A stretch of 64,000 nucleotides of DNA, taken from assembly GCA_963829525.1 (NCBI GenBank), contig CAWHIJ010000003.1:1408001-1472000 (forward strand), given 5' to 3'. The position numbers and the translations under genes were made by a program. The stretch's first letter is position 1, and each line of letters opens with the position of its first letter. This document shows, in pieces, positions 1 through 8,796 of the stretch. This DNA is from an uncultured Actinomycetota bacterium (GTDB taxonomy: Bacteria; Actinomycetota; Actinomycetes; JAHEKZ01). A model generated the notes under the pieces. It had not been told where the DNA came from. It made no database searches and was given only the letters and a program-made list of their open reading frames with translations.

Positions 1-2
1 CC

Positions 3-419
3 CTGACGGGGGAGTCCGAGCACAATGCGCCGGTCCACTTCGTGCAGATGTGGGTGCTTCCGGATGAGCGCAATCTCGCGGCGGGTTACGAGCAGCTGGA
101 TATCAATGAAGAGCTCGCCTCCGGTGGTCTGGTCACCGTCGCCTCCGGCATGCCCAAACATGACCTGGATCGGGCCATCCACATCAAGCAACGGGACGCG
201 GCTCTACACGCAGCGCGTTTGGGTGCGGGACAACACGTGGAGCTGCCTGCAGCTCTCTTCATCCACCTCTTCGTCGCGCGGGGCCAGGTCGTCCTTGAAG
301 GGGCCGGTCGGCTCGAGGAAGGTGACGCAGTCCGGATCAGCGCCAGTGAAGGGCAACGGGTCACTGCGTCTGGTGACGCCGAGCTATTGGTGTGGGAGAT
401 GGACGCGGCTGCGATGTGA
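3..419 (+). CDS. Pirin-family (YhhW-like cupin) protein, 5'-truncated by the window edge
   Basis: Frame is open from base 3: ...EHNAPVHFVQMWVLPDE...YEQ...HLFVARG...LEEGDAVRI...AELLVWEM, typical of a pirin C-terminal half. Confidence 0.8.
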   Translation: MTGESEHNAPVHFVQMWVLPDERNLAAGYEQLDINEELASGGLVTVASGMPKHDLDRAIHIKQRDAALHAARLGAGQHVELPAALFIHLFVARGQVVLEGAGRLEEGDAVRISASEGQRVTASGDAELLVWEMDAAAM

Positions 420-449
420 CCGGCATGCGGGCACTCGGCGGGCTCGTGG

Positions 450-1325
450 TCAGTCGTCGAGTGTCGCTGCGTGGTCGGGCACGTAAGTGAAGTGCTCCTT
501 GCCCGGGCGCTGGTAGCCGGTGGACGGGGGCCTCTTGGGGAGTTTGACCGGTGCGGGCTTGACTTCACCATAGGGAAGCGTTGTCAGCAGGTGAGCAATC
601 ATGTTGATTCGCGCGCGTCGTTTGTCGTCGGCCTCGACGACATACCAGGGTGCCTCGGGGATGTCGGTGTGTACGTACATCTCGTCCTTGGCACGTGAGT
701 AGCTCTCCCACCGCTTGATCGACTCCACGTCCATCGGTGAGAGCTTCCACCGACGGAGCGGGTCGTGCAGTCGCGACCGAAACCTGCGCTCTTGCTCATC
801 GAGACTGACGCTGAACCAGTACTTACTCAGCGCGATGCCCTCCTCCACGAGCATCCGCTCGAAGATCGGAGCCTGGTGTAGGAAGCGCCGGTACTCGTCA
901 TCGGTGCAGAACTCCATGACGCGCTCGACGCCGGCGCGGTTGTACCAGCTGCGGTCGAAGAGGACGATCTCACCGGCCGCGGGCAGATGCTCGATGTAGC
1001 GCTGGAAGTACCACTGGCTGCGCTGGCGTTCCGTAGGTGAAGGTAGCGCGATGATCCGAGCAACGCGGGGGTTGAGGTACTGGGTGATGCGCTTGATCGT
1101 GCCACCTTTGCCCGCGGCGTCGCGGCCTTCGAACAAGATGACCACGCGCTGACCGGTGGATCGAACCCACTCCTGTAGCTGGCCGAGCTCGGTCTGGAGT
1201 CGGTAGATCTCGCGCTCGTAGACCTTCTTGTCGAGCTTCGAGGAGCGTTCTTCCGGATTTGACGGTCGACCGTTGGCGTCGTTGGCGTCGGTGTCGTCGG
1301 TGTCGCTGGTTTCGTGTTTGGTCAT
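450..1325 (-). CDS. ppk2: Polyphosphate kinase 2
   Basis: FEGRDAAGKGG Walker A, QWYFQRY, FDRSWYNRAGVERVM and WKLSPMD motifs; ATG at 1325 (MTKHETS) just after the aceE stop. Confidence 0.95.
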   Translation of the reverse strand: MTKHETSDTDDTDANDANGRPSNPEERSSKLDKKVYEREIYRLQTELGQLQEWVRSTGQRVVILFEGRDAAGKGGTIKRITQYLNPRVARIIALPSPTERQRSQWYFQRYIEHLPAAGEIVLFDRSWYNRAGVERVMEFCTDDEYRRFLHQAPIFERMLVEEGIALSKYWFSVSLDEQERRFRSRLHDPLRRWKLSPMDVESIKRWESYSRAKDEMYVHTDIPEAPWYVVEADDKRRARINMIAHLLTTLPYGEVKPAPVKLPKRPPSTGYQRPGKEHFTYVPDHAATLDD

Positions 1326-1332
1326 GATCCCC

Positions 1333-4068
1333 TCAGGCGTCGCCCATACCTGCGCCCGGGTCGGCGGCTCGAGGGTCGTCGAGACGATACCGGTCGAAGG
1401 CTTCCTTGACAGTCTCTCGCTTGATCTCGCCTCGGCGGGCGAGTTCTTGCAGGGTTCGCACCGTAATGGCCTCGGCGTCAATGCGGAAGTGTCGCCGAAG
1501 TGCTCCGCGGGTGTCCGACAAACCGAAGCCGTCGGTACCGAGGGTGACGTAGTCGCCCGGGACCCATGGGCGAATCAGCTCTTGTACGGCTCGCTGGTAG
1601 TCCGAGACGGCAACGACGGGGCCCTGGACGTCACCAAGTCGTCTTGTCACGTAGGCGATCTGCGGCTCAGACGCAGGGGAGAGAAGATTGGAATCGTCGG
1701 CTCTCAGCCCGTCACGGTGCAGCTCAACCCACGACGTGACAGACCAGACATCGGCGGCGACACCCCAGTCATCAGCGAGCAGTTCTTGGGCGCGCAAGGC
1801 CGCTGGCATCGCGGACCCGCTGGCCAACAGGTGCGCCCGCGTCTCGGACTCGTTAACGGCTGGGCGGTACAAGTGAAGTCCGCGAAGCAGACCGTCGACG
1901 TCGAGATCATCTGGTTCTGCTGGCTGGTCAATCGGCTCGTTGTACATCGTCAGGTAGTAGAAAATGTTCTCTGAGTTCTCGCCGTACATGCGGCGAAGGC
2001 CGTCGCGGACGATGTGCCCGATCTCGAATGCAAATGCGGGGTCGTAGGAGAGCACCGCAGGGTTGGTGGCAGCGATCAGGTGCGAGTGGCCGTCCTCGTG
2101 CTGTAGGCCCTCGCCATTCAGCGTGGTGCGCCCTGCTGTAGCCCCGATGAGGAACCCCCGGGTCATCTGGTCGGCGGCAGCCCAGAGCGAGTCGGCTGTG
2201 CGCTGGAACCCGAACATCGAGTAGAAGATGTAGATCGGGATCATCGGTTCGTCATGTGTGGAGTAAGAGCTGCCGGCTGCGATGAAGGATGACACCGAAC
2301 CCGCTTCGTTGATGCCCTGGTGCAGCAGCTGACCGTCGGTGGCCTCCTTGTACGACAACATCAGCTCGCGGTCGACGGACACGTACGTCTGTCCGTTCGG
2401 GTTGTAGATCTTCTGCACAGGGAACATTGCATCCATACCGAAGGTTCGTGCCTCGTCCGGGATGATCGGCACGATTCGGTGACCGATTTCGGGGTCCTTG
2501 AGGAGGTCTTTCAGTAGCCGGACAAAGGCCATCGTGGTGGCCACCTGCTGCTTGCCCGAACCACGTTTGGCTGCGCTGTAGGCGGACTCGCCAGGTAGCA
2601 CGAGCGGTCGGCTGGCATTGCGCCGCTTGGGCAGATGACCGCCCAGTGCCTGTCGGCGTTCCTGCAGATAGCCGGTGACATCGCTGTCTTTGTCAGGCCG
2701 GTAGTAGGGCGGCAGCTTGGCGTCGATCTGGTCATCCTCGATCGGAATCTTCAACCGGTCTCGGAAGCCCTTGAGATCTTCGAGGGTGAGCTTCTTCATC
2801 TGGTGCGTCGAGTTACGTCCTTCGAAGTGCGACCCGAGGGTCCAACCCTTGATGGTCTTGGCCAGGACCACCGTGGGCTGACCCTTGTGCTCGATGGCGG
2901 ACTGGTAGGCGGCGTGCAGTTTGCGATGGTCGTGCCCACCACGCTGGAGCGCCCAGATCTCGTCGTCGGTCCACTCCTCGACCATCTTCCGGGTTCGTGG
3001 GTCGCGACCGAAGAAATGCTCCCGGACGAAGGCGCCGTTCTCGGACTTGTACGTCTGGAAGTCGCCATCGGGAGTCGCGTTCATGACGTTCACGAGAGCG
3101 CCGGCGGAGTCCTGGGCCAGCAGGGGATCCCAACTGCGGCCCCAGATGACCTTGATGACGTTCCACCCCGCACCGCGGAAGAATGCCTCGAGCTCTTGGA
3201 TGATCTTGCCGTTGCCGCGGACGGGACCGTCCAAGCGCTGCAGGTTGCAGTTGATGACGAAGGTCAGGTTGTCGAGCTCTTCGCGCGCGGCGAGCCCGAT
3301 CGACCCGAGTGACTCGACTTCGTCCATCTCGCCATCGCCGAGAAATGCCCACACGTGCTGGTCGGAGGTGTCTTTGATCCCACGGTTGTGGAGGTAACGG
3401 TTGAACTGGGCCTGGTAGATGGCGTTGATCGGCCCCAGCCCCATCGACACCGTCGGGAACTGCCAGAAGTCTGGCATCAGGCGGGGGTGCGGGTAAGAGG
3501 GTAGACCTCCGCCAGGGTGTGACAACTCTTGCCTGAAGCCGTCCATCCGGTCTTCGTCGAGGCGTCCCTCGAGGAAGGCCCGGGCGTAGATCCCAGGGGA
3601 GGCGTGGCCTTGGATGTAGATCTGGTCACCGCCCCCGGGGTGGTCGCCACCCCGGAAGAAGTGGTTGAAGCCGACCTCGTAGAGCGAGGCGCTTGAGGCG
3701 TATGTCGAAATGTGTCCGCCCACGCCAACCCCCGGGCGTTGGGCGCGGTGCACCATGATCGCGGCGTTCCAACGCATGTAGGCGCGAAGCCGCCGTTCGA
3801 CCCACTCGTCACCGGGGAACCACGGCTCCTGCTCGGGTGTGATCGTGTTGATGTAATCGGTGGTGGTCAGTGACGGGACGCCGACATTCCGCTGACGCGC
3901 CCGCTGCAACAGGCTGAGCATGAGGTACCTGGCGCGGTAAGCCCCCTGACCATCAATGACGTCATCGAGGGAGTCGCGCCACTCCTGGGTCTCCTCGGGG
4001 TCGACGTCGACGAGCTGGGTAGGTAGGCCGCCGCTGATCAGGGGTTCGCGCTCGCGTCCTGTGTTCAC
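1333..4068 (-). CDS. aceE: Pyruvate dehydrogenase E1 component, homodimeric type
   Basis: 911 aa; [30 protein letters not shown], ThDP motif GDGEMDE...[20 protein letters not shown]. Confidence 0.98.
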   Translation of the reverse strand: MNTGREREPLISGGLPTQLVDVDPEETQEWRDSLDDVIDGQGAYRARYLMLSLLQRARQRNVGVPSLTTTDYINTITPEQEPWFPGDEWVERRLRAYMRWNAAIMVHRAQRPGVGVGGHISTYASSASLYEVGFNHFFRGGDHPGGGDQIYIQGHASPGIYARAFLEGRLDEDRMDGFRQELSHPGGGLPSYPHPRLMPDFWQFPTVSMGLGPINAIYQAQFNRYLHNRGIKDTSDQHVWAFLGDGEMDEVESLGSIGLAAREELDNLTFVINCNLQRLDGPVRGNGKIIQELEAFFRGAGWNVIKVIWGRSWDPLLAQDSAGALVNVMNATPDGDFQTYKSENGAFVREHFFGRDPRTRKMVEEWTDDEIWALQRGGHDHRKLHAAYQSAIEHKGQPTVVLAKTIKGWTLGSHFEGRNSTHQMKKLTLEDLKGFRDRLKIPIEDDQIDAKLPPYYRPDKDSDVTGYLQERRQALGGHLPKRRNASRPLVLPGESAYSAAKRGSGKQQVATTMAFVRLLKDLLKDPEIGHRIVPIIPDEARTFGMDAMFPVQKIYNPNGQTYVSVDRELMLSYKEATDGQLLHQGINEAGSVSSFIAAGSSYSTHDEPMIPIYIFYSMFGFQRTADSLWAAADQMTRGFLIGATAGRTTLNGEGLQHEDGHSHLIAATNPAVLSYDPAFAFEIGHIVRDGLRRMYGENSENIFYYLTMYNEPIDQPAEPDDLDVDGLLRGLHLYRPAVNESETRAHLLASGSAMPAALRAQELLADDWGVAADVWSVTSWVELHRDGLRADDSNLLSPASEPQIAYVTRRLGDVQGPVVAVSDYQRAVQELIRPWVPGDYVTLGTDGFGLSDTRGALRRHFRIDAEAITVRTLQELARRGEIKRETVKEAFDRYRLDDPRAADPGAGMGDA

Positions 4069-4126
4069 GCTCGTATCGCCTCACTTCGTGCGTGCTGTTC
4101 GCTTGGTTGCTCTTGTAGCCTACGCG

Positions 4127-4140
4127 TGACCGAAGGTCCC
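4127..4140. promoter_or_regulatory. DosR/DevR-like box upstream of the DUF1918 gene
   Basis: Reverse strand reads GGGACCTTCGGTCA, similar to the GGGAC-N4-GTCCC DevR palindrome. Confidence 0.45.
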
Positions 4141-4223
4141 TTCCGCCGGCCTCTCACGTGGGGCACGCTGAGAGTTGTCCGGTTCGCCGGCGTCGTCGCT
4201 GGCGCCTCGTCAAGGAGGTCACC

Positions 4224-4421
4224 ATGCAGGCCAAGGTCGGAGAGACCCTGATCATGAAGTCGCACCATGTAGGAGAGCCGGACCGCACCGCTGAAATACT
4301 TGAGGTGCATGGCGAGGGCGGAACGCCGCCGTTCCTGGTGCGTTTCGACGATGGCCATGAGGGACTGGTCTTCCCGGGCGCGGACGCCGTCATCGGCCAC
4401 GCGGACGCTGCCGGCGCCTGA
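4224..4421 (+). CDS. DUF1918 domain small protein (Rv0569-like)
   Basis: MQAKVGETLIMKSHHVGEPDRTAEILEVHGEGGTPPFLVRFDDGHEGLVFPGADA; SD AAGGAGG upstream of the ATG. Confidence 0.9.
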   Translation: MQAKVGETLIMKSHHVGEPDRTAEILEVHGEGGTPPFLVRFDDGHEGLVFPGADAVIGHADAAGA

Positions 4422-4548
4422 TCCAGGACACCGGAGGCACGAATCCCCACCCGAAGATGGTCCAATGTGCTTGCGTGTCGGTCCTCGGCTGTAATGGACT
4501 ACTCAGGTGGGCCCTGCCAGGGGTCCCCGAAAATTGGGAGGGGCGTGC

Positions 4549-4977
4549 GTGAGCGGGAGCGACGGGCCGGAGGGCGCGCCGAACGGCCCGGCCGCGCGTA
4601 TGGGTTTTGCGACTGGTCAGGTTGTGCTTGAGATCGGTTTTGACGACGACGCCGACTCGGCATTGCGGGAGGCCATCGAGGCGGCCGTTGGCTCCGCGAT
4701 GGTCGGTGATGACTTCGACGACGTGGCTGACGTGGTCATCCTCTGGTGGCGTGAGGAGGACGGTGATCTTGCTGATGCCCTCGTAGACGGGCTGTCGGCG
4801 ATCACCTCCGGGGGAGTGGTGTGGCTCTTTACCCCGAAGGCGGGCCGCGATGGCCATGTCGAACCGAGCGAGATCGGTGAGGCCGCCCGTACCGCCGGGC
4901 TTTCGTCTACCAAGAGCATGAGCGCCGCCAGTGAGTGGGCCGGTACCCGACTCGTAGCCCCCAAGCTCGGGCGCTAA
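4549..4977 (+). CDS. DUF3052 domain protein
   Basis: GQVVLEIGFDDDAD, DVVILWWREEDGDLADALVD, WLFTPKAGRDGHVEPSEI; conserved position between aceE and ahpE. Confidence 0.9.
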   Translation: MSGSDGPEGAPNGPAARMGFATGQVVLEIGFDDDADSALREAIEAAVGSAMVGDDFDDVADVVILWWREEDGDLADALVDGLSAITSGGVVWLFTPKAGRDGHVEPSEIGEAARTAGLSSTKSMSAASEWAGTRLVAPKLGR

Positions 4978-4990
4978 CTCGGTTCTCTAA

Positions 4991-5026
4991 CGCAGCCGCC
5001 CCGCTCAGATGAGCGAGGCGGCTGCG
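4991..5026. terminator. GC-rich hairpin between convergent genes
   Basis: CGCAGCCGCCCCGCTCA-GA-TGAGCGAGGCGGCTGCG, stem with one mismatch. Confidence 0.75.
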
Positions 5027-5048
5027 GTGTTGCTGTGGGGATCTGTGC

Positions 5049-5702
5049 TCAGGCGAGCCAGGGGAAGCGTTGCACGATGGAGGTGGACTCCCACCACTTG
5101 CCCAGACCCAGAGTGCGTTCTGCTGTGAAGAGCATCAGCATGATCATGACGACGCCGTAGATGATGTGGTCGTCCATCACCGGGTTGTTGGCAGTGTTCA
5201 GTCCGGTTTCCGGGTCGACCGCGTTCAGGGGCCACTCTGCCAGGTACATGAAGACCAGCAGGACCGCTCCGCCGATGGAGCCGATGCGGACGAAGACCCC
5301 GAGGATGAGTGCTACACCAATGCCAAGCAGTGACAGCATGAACATCCAGTTGACCCAAGATCCGGCGTACAGGACAGGTGGGCCGTCCGTGGCTGCGACT
5401 CCTGCGCTTTCGCCGAGCTTGTTGAAGAAGCTCGCGAAAGGACCGTCGGGGTTGGTGCCGAAGGTAAGGAAGCCGAAGGTCGGGCTACCGTCGCCGGTCG
5501 CAAAGTTCCAAGCGCCCTCGCTCGGAGTCGTGTACCCGAGCCCAAAGTTCTTGTCGAGGAACGCCCAGAGGAATACGAATCCGATGGAGATTCGAGCGAT
5601 GGCGGCCCAGTACTTGGTGGTGGCTGCCTGTGTAAAGCCGTGGTACCACGAGCCCTGACTGGCCTGGGTGACACTGAGGTCGCCCTTGGCTGTGGTGGTC
5701 AT
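5049..5702 (-). CDS. DoxX-family membrane protein (thiosulfate:quinone oxidoreductase-like)
   Basis: RISIGFVFLWAFLDKNFGLG, SPTFGFL, NWMFMLSLLGIGVALILG, NNPVMDDHIIY, LGLGKWW; SD AAGGAGG. Confidence 0.88.
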   Translation of the reverse strand: MTTTAKGDLSVTQASQGSWYHGFTQAATTKYWAAIARISIGFVFLWAFLDKNFGLGYTTPSEGAWNFATGDGSPTFGFLTFGTNPDGPFASFFNKLGESAGVAATDGPPVLYAGSWVNWMFMLSLLGIGVALILGVFVRIGSIGGAVLLVFMYLAEWPLNAVDPETGLNTANNPVMDDHIIYGVVMIMLMLFTAERTLGLGKWWESTSIVQRFPWLA

Positions 5703-5772
5703 CTCCGCCTCCTTGGGTCTAAAGAGAATCACTTCTTGTCCCTGAGGGTCCTCGCGAGTGGTTGCCTGGGCA

Positions 5773-5811
5773 AGGACCTAGGTCCCGACGACGTGCGCCA
5801 TAGGTCCCGAC
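5773..5811. promoter_or_regulatory. Tandem DosR/DevR-like boxes between doxX-like gene and ahpE
   Basis: AGGACCTAGGTCCC (5773-5786) and GCGCCATAGGTCCC (5795-5808), 22 bp apart; TAGGTCCCGAC is repeated exactly. Confidence 0.6.
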
Positions 5812-5850
5812 CTGGTTTACTCGCCGGTAACTTCACGGAGAGGCGAAGGC

Positions 5851-6312
5851 ATGTCAGTCGAGGTTGGTCAGCAAGCACCAGACTTCACGCTCTCGAGTCA
5901 GCACGGTGAACCGATCAGTTTGTCGTCGTTCCGTGGCGAGAAGAACGTTGTGCTTGTCTTCTTCCCGTGGGCCTTCAGCGGCATCTGTACCGGCGAGCTC
6001 TGTGAGATCAGCGACCGCCTCGACTCGCTCGCCAACGACGACACCGTGACCCTCGCGGTGTCGTGCGACACGAAGTTCGCGCTCCGCATCTTCGCCGAGC
6101 GCGAGGCCTACACCTTCCCTCTGTTGAGCGACCACTGGCCGCACGGGGCCGTGACGCAGGCCTACGGTGTTTTCAACGATGAACTGGGCGTCGCGTACCG
6201 CGGTACCTTCGTCATCGACAAGGCAGGCATCGTTCAGTACACCATCGTGAACGGGATTGGCGACGCCCGTGACCCTGGCGAGTACGAGAAGGTCCTCGCG
6301 TCGATCGGTTGA
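5851..6312 (+). CDS. ahpE: AhpE-type 1-Cys peroxiredoxin
   Basis: APDFTL, LVFFPWAFSGICTGELCEI, LLSDHWPHG, RGTFVIDK; synteny with DUF3052 and tRNA-Val. Confidence 0.9.
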   Translation: MSVEVGQQAPDFTLSSQHGEPISLSSFRGEKNVVLVFFPWAFSGICTGELCEISDRLDSLANDDTVTLAVSCDTKFALRIFAEREAYTFPLLSDHWPHGAVTQAYGVFNDELGVAYRGTFVIDKAGIVQYTIVNGIGDARDPGEYEKVLASIG

Positions 6313-6338
6313 GGCGACGGTAGGCTCTGCCGGCGTTC

Positions 6339-6411
6339 GGGCGTATAGCTCAGTTGGTAGAGCTCCGGTCTTACAAACCGGCGGTCGGGGGTTCAAGTCC
6401 CTCTGCGCCCA
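6339..6411 (+). tRNA. tRNA-Val (anticodon TAC)
   Basis: GGGCGTA acceptor pairing with TGCGCCC, D arm AGCTCAGTTGGTAGAGC, anticodon arm CCGGT-CTTACAA-ACCGG, T arm GGGGGTTCAAGTCCCTC; followed by CCG, so CCA is not fully encoded. Confidence 0.97.
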
Positions 6412-6439
6412 CCGAAAACCGCAGGTCACAGCCCCCGCG

Positions 6440-6553
6440 TCAGGCGTCGATCAGGATGGTGGTTGTGCTGTCGTCGTCGGTGTCGAGGATCAAGAACACG
6501 CGGCCTTCGAAGGTCTCAAACGACTGTGAGGCCGTTGATGCGATGTCGTCCAT
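6440..6553 (-). CDS. Putative 37-aa acidic small protein or gene remnant
   Basis: MDDIASTASQSFETFEGRVFLILDTDDDSTTTILIDA with SD-like GGGAGA upstream and GC3-biased codons. Confidence 0.4.
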   Translation of the reverse strand: MDDIASTASQSFETFEGRVFLILDTDDDSTTTILIDA

Positions 6554-6880
6554 AAAGAGATCTCCCGTGCTCGGTGCGCTCCCTGGTGCAATCGGTGACC
6601 ACCACTTTGACTTGGCGTGGTGGCGTGGCGATGGCAACAAGGTGGATAGCGAATGAACAAAATGCCGTCTTTGTACCGACCGGTTCCCCGGGGGCGGGGC
6701 GTGCGAGGCTGGTCCTTAACTCTATGAAACGCTTGTACCGCGCGGTTTGCGTGTGATCATTGGGGGGTAGGCGTTCAGAAACACAGGGGACTCAAGACGA
6801 GTCTTCTTAGGCAGTGCCGGTGGCTTGGAGGACGCGGATCCTCCTCCCCCTGGCGCAAAGATGTGAGGAGACGGCACGCT

Positions 6881-7648
6881 ATGCAGAGACGGTCGAGGAA
6901 GCTGCGCTGGAGCGCAGCGGTGGGCGGAATCGCCCTGGCCACTGCGGTCATGGCCCTTCCAGCTCAGGCGGGGGACGACAATCGGCTGCAGGCTGGTGGG
7001 AAGGGTACCGTGCTGCGGTACAACTTCGACAATGGCGAGTCGCTGAATGCCGGAACGAGGGTTCGCGACGTCAGCGGTAACCGCCACCACGGGACCGTGA
7101 TCGTCTCCGGGAGGGGGAACCTGAGGTCCGTGCCAGGGGTGACAGGTCGCGCCGCAAAGTTCCCCCGCAAGTGCAAGGGTTGTGGCCGGGGGATCATCGA
7201 GGCCAGTGATGCCCGTGGCCTCGAGCCACGCAAACGCGCCTTCAGTTTCGGCGCCGCTGTAAGGGTCACCGACAGACAAGCCGCTCGCGGCAAGGACCCG
7301 AACATCATCCAAAAGGGGCTTCTCAAGCAACGAGGCGGCCAGTGGAAACTGGAGCTCGTGGGATCTCGCCCCCGTTGCATCATTCAAGGTCGCGCCGGCA
7401 AGGTAGAGGTCAGCTCGACCGTCTCAGTAGACGATGGAACGTGGCACTCGCTGCAGTGCGCCCGCAAGGGACCGACTGTCACATTGCGCATCGACGGCGT
7501 GGTGGTGAACCAGGGCACCGGCCGGACCGGTCGCATCGTCAATGACGCGCCGGTGCGCCTTGGCGGCAAAGGAGTTGCCGGCAGCGGCGGAAACGACCAG
7601 TATCACGGTGCACTTGACAATGTGTTTGTGAAGATACGGCGGCGCTGA
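6881..7648 (+). CDS. Secreted LamG-like jellyroll (concanavalin A-like) domain protein
   Basis: Signal peptide ending ...ALPAQA; LRYNFD, DVSGNRHHG, NIIQKG, DDGTWH, LRIDG, YHGALDNV. Confidence 0.8.
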   Translation: MQRRSRKLRWSAAVGGIALATAVMALPAQAGDDNRLQAGGKGTVLRYNFDNGESLNAGTRVRDVSGNRHHGTVIVSGRGNLRSVPGVTGRAAKFPRKCKGCGRGIIEASDARGLEPRKRAFSFGAAVRVTDRQAARGKDPNIIQKGLLKQRGGQWKLELVGSRPRCIIQGRAGKVEVSSTVSVDDGTWHSLQCARKGPTVTLRIDGVVVNQGTGRTGRIVNDAPVRLGGKGVAGSGGNDQYHGALDNVFVKIRRR

Positions 7649-7677
7649 GAGACAAGTAGTTCGACAGCGCCATCAAG

Positions 7678-7707
7678 CGGCGGTCGGGGGTTTGGTTCCT
7701 CTGCGCC
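7678..7707 (+). repeat. Degenerate direct repeat of the tRNA-Val 3' half (att-like scar)
   Basis: CGGCGGTCGGGGGTT-tggtt-CCTCTGCGCC versus tRNA 6379-6409 CGGCGGTCGGGGGTT-caagtc-CCTCTGCGCC. Confidence 0.7.
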
Positions 7708-7721
7708 GCCCCCACGTGAGC

Positions 7722-7767
7722 GCACCAGTTGAGGCGGGGCCCAACACGGCCCCGCCTCAACTGGTGC
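7722..7767. terminator. Perfect 20-bp inverted repeat, probable bidirectional terminator
   Basis: GCACCAGTTGAGGCGGGGCC-CAACAC-GGCCCCGCCTCAACTGGTGC between convergent genes. Confidence 0.85.
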
Positions 7768-7772
7768 AGGGT

Positions 7773-7835
7773 TCACTTCTTCTTCTTTTTCTTGTCTTTT
7801 TTCTTGTCCTTCTTCTTGCTGGACTTCTTTCCCAT
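7773..7835 (-). CDS. Putative 20-aa lysine-rich microprotein MGKKSSKKKDKKKDKKKKKK
   Basis: SD GAAAGGGG 7 nt before the ATG, extended -10-like TGCTACGTT at 7880-7872, hairpin 5 nt after the stop. Confidence 0.6.
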   Translation of the reverse strand: MGKKSSKKKDKKKDKKKKKK

Positions 7836-7995
7836 GGATACGCCCCTTTCGTGGCTGACACGTGCGTCCGAAACGTAGCAAATGAATTGACCCTGAGCCA
7901 TCGTTGGTTGAGCGCTCGTTGGTCCCCTGTGCCAGGCGCCGGCATGGGTCCGGCATGGATACTGTGGCCATGCCATCTAAGTCAGCGATGAACGG

Positions 7996-8343
7996 ATGCA
8001 GATCATGCACACTTGGTTGTTGCTTGCCGCGGCTATTGCGTGTGAGGTAACTGCGACGGCCTACCTTCGCGTCACCGATGGATTCACGAAGCTGTGGCCA
8101 TCGTTGATTGTCGTCGCAGGTTACGGCGTTTCGTTCTATCTGCTCTCCTTGATCATGCGAACAGGAATACCGGCCGGCATCGTCTACGCGATCTGGTCAG
8201 CGTTCGGGATCGCGTTGGTGACGATTGTTGGGATGGCAACCTACGGCGACCAGATCACCCCGGTGACGGGTGTGGGTTTAGCCGTGATCGTGATCGGAGT
8301 CATTCTGGTTCAAGTCGGCAACGTCGGTGAAGTCGCAAGCTAG
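7996..8343 (+). CDS. SMR-family small multidrug efflux protein (EmrE/Mmr-like)
   Basis: WLLLAAAIACEV (membrane Glu), DGFTKLWPS, YGVSFYLLS, VYAIWSAFG; four hydrophobic segments. Confidence 0.92.
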   Translation: MQIMHTWLLLAAAIACEVTATAYLRVTDGFTKLWPSLIVVAGYGVSFYLLSLIMRTGIPAGIVYAIWSAFGIALVTIVGMATYGDQITPVTGVGLAVIVIGVILVQVGNVGEVAS

Positions 8344-8372
8344 AAGCGGCTCGATGCAGCGGCCGAAGGGCC

Positions 8373-8657
8373 CTAGACGTCTTGCCACTCGCCGTCTATC
8401 CATTCGGGCTCGCCGTTCAGCAGCGGGACCATCTCAGCCTGCCACCACTTGTCTTGCTTCGGGTCGTCCGCAAGGGCTTCGTACTGTGCCTTGGACTCGA
8501 ACCGGATGGCGACGACAATCCGTCCGTCCCCGGCGATGAGCACCCTTTGGTCGACATATCCGGCCGCTTCACCACGTTCCTTGGCCCATCGTTTTGCCCG
8601 TTCCTCCATTTCTTCCACTGTGCCGTTGATGTTGGCGATCATCACGGTTCCGTACAT
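8373..8657 (-). CDS. Hypothetical protein, possibly ABM-like dimeric alpha-beta barrel
   Basis: 94 aa, SD GGAGG; VAIRFESKAQYEALADDPKQDKWW...GEPEWIDGEW. Confidence 0.7.
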   Translation of the reverse strand: MYGTVMIANINGTVEEMEERAKRWAKERGEAAGYVDQRVLIAGDGRIVVAIRFESKAQYEALADDPKQDKWWQAEMVPLLNGEPEWIDGEWQDV

Positions 8658-8796
8658 GGGGAGCCTCCAGTGAGAAATGGCAGCGTCCGGCTGTCACGGG
8701 CGTCGCCTGTGACAGTGGTACCCCTGATTCAGCGGAACCGGAACCGCCCGTCGTGATCATCTACCGACGAATCCGTCGCCCGGCTACAGTGCCCGC

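Noticed and set aside
7722-7835. Lysine attenuator leader peptide
   Set aside because: No co-oriented downstream gene to regulate (the next gene is convergent) and no antiterminator evident
7880-7995. Guanidine riboswitch upstream of the SMR gene
   Set aside because: No guanidine-I, -II (ACGR loops) or -III consensus seen, and the protein looks EmrE/Mmr-type rather than Gdx-type
8690-8750. c-di-AMP (ydaO) riboswitch suggested by GCTGAATC on the minus strand
   Set aside because: The remaining conserved elements are absent and the region is too short
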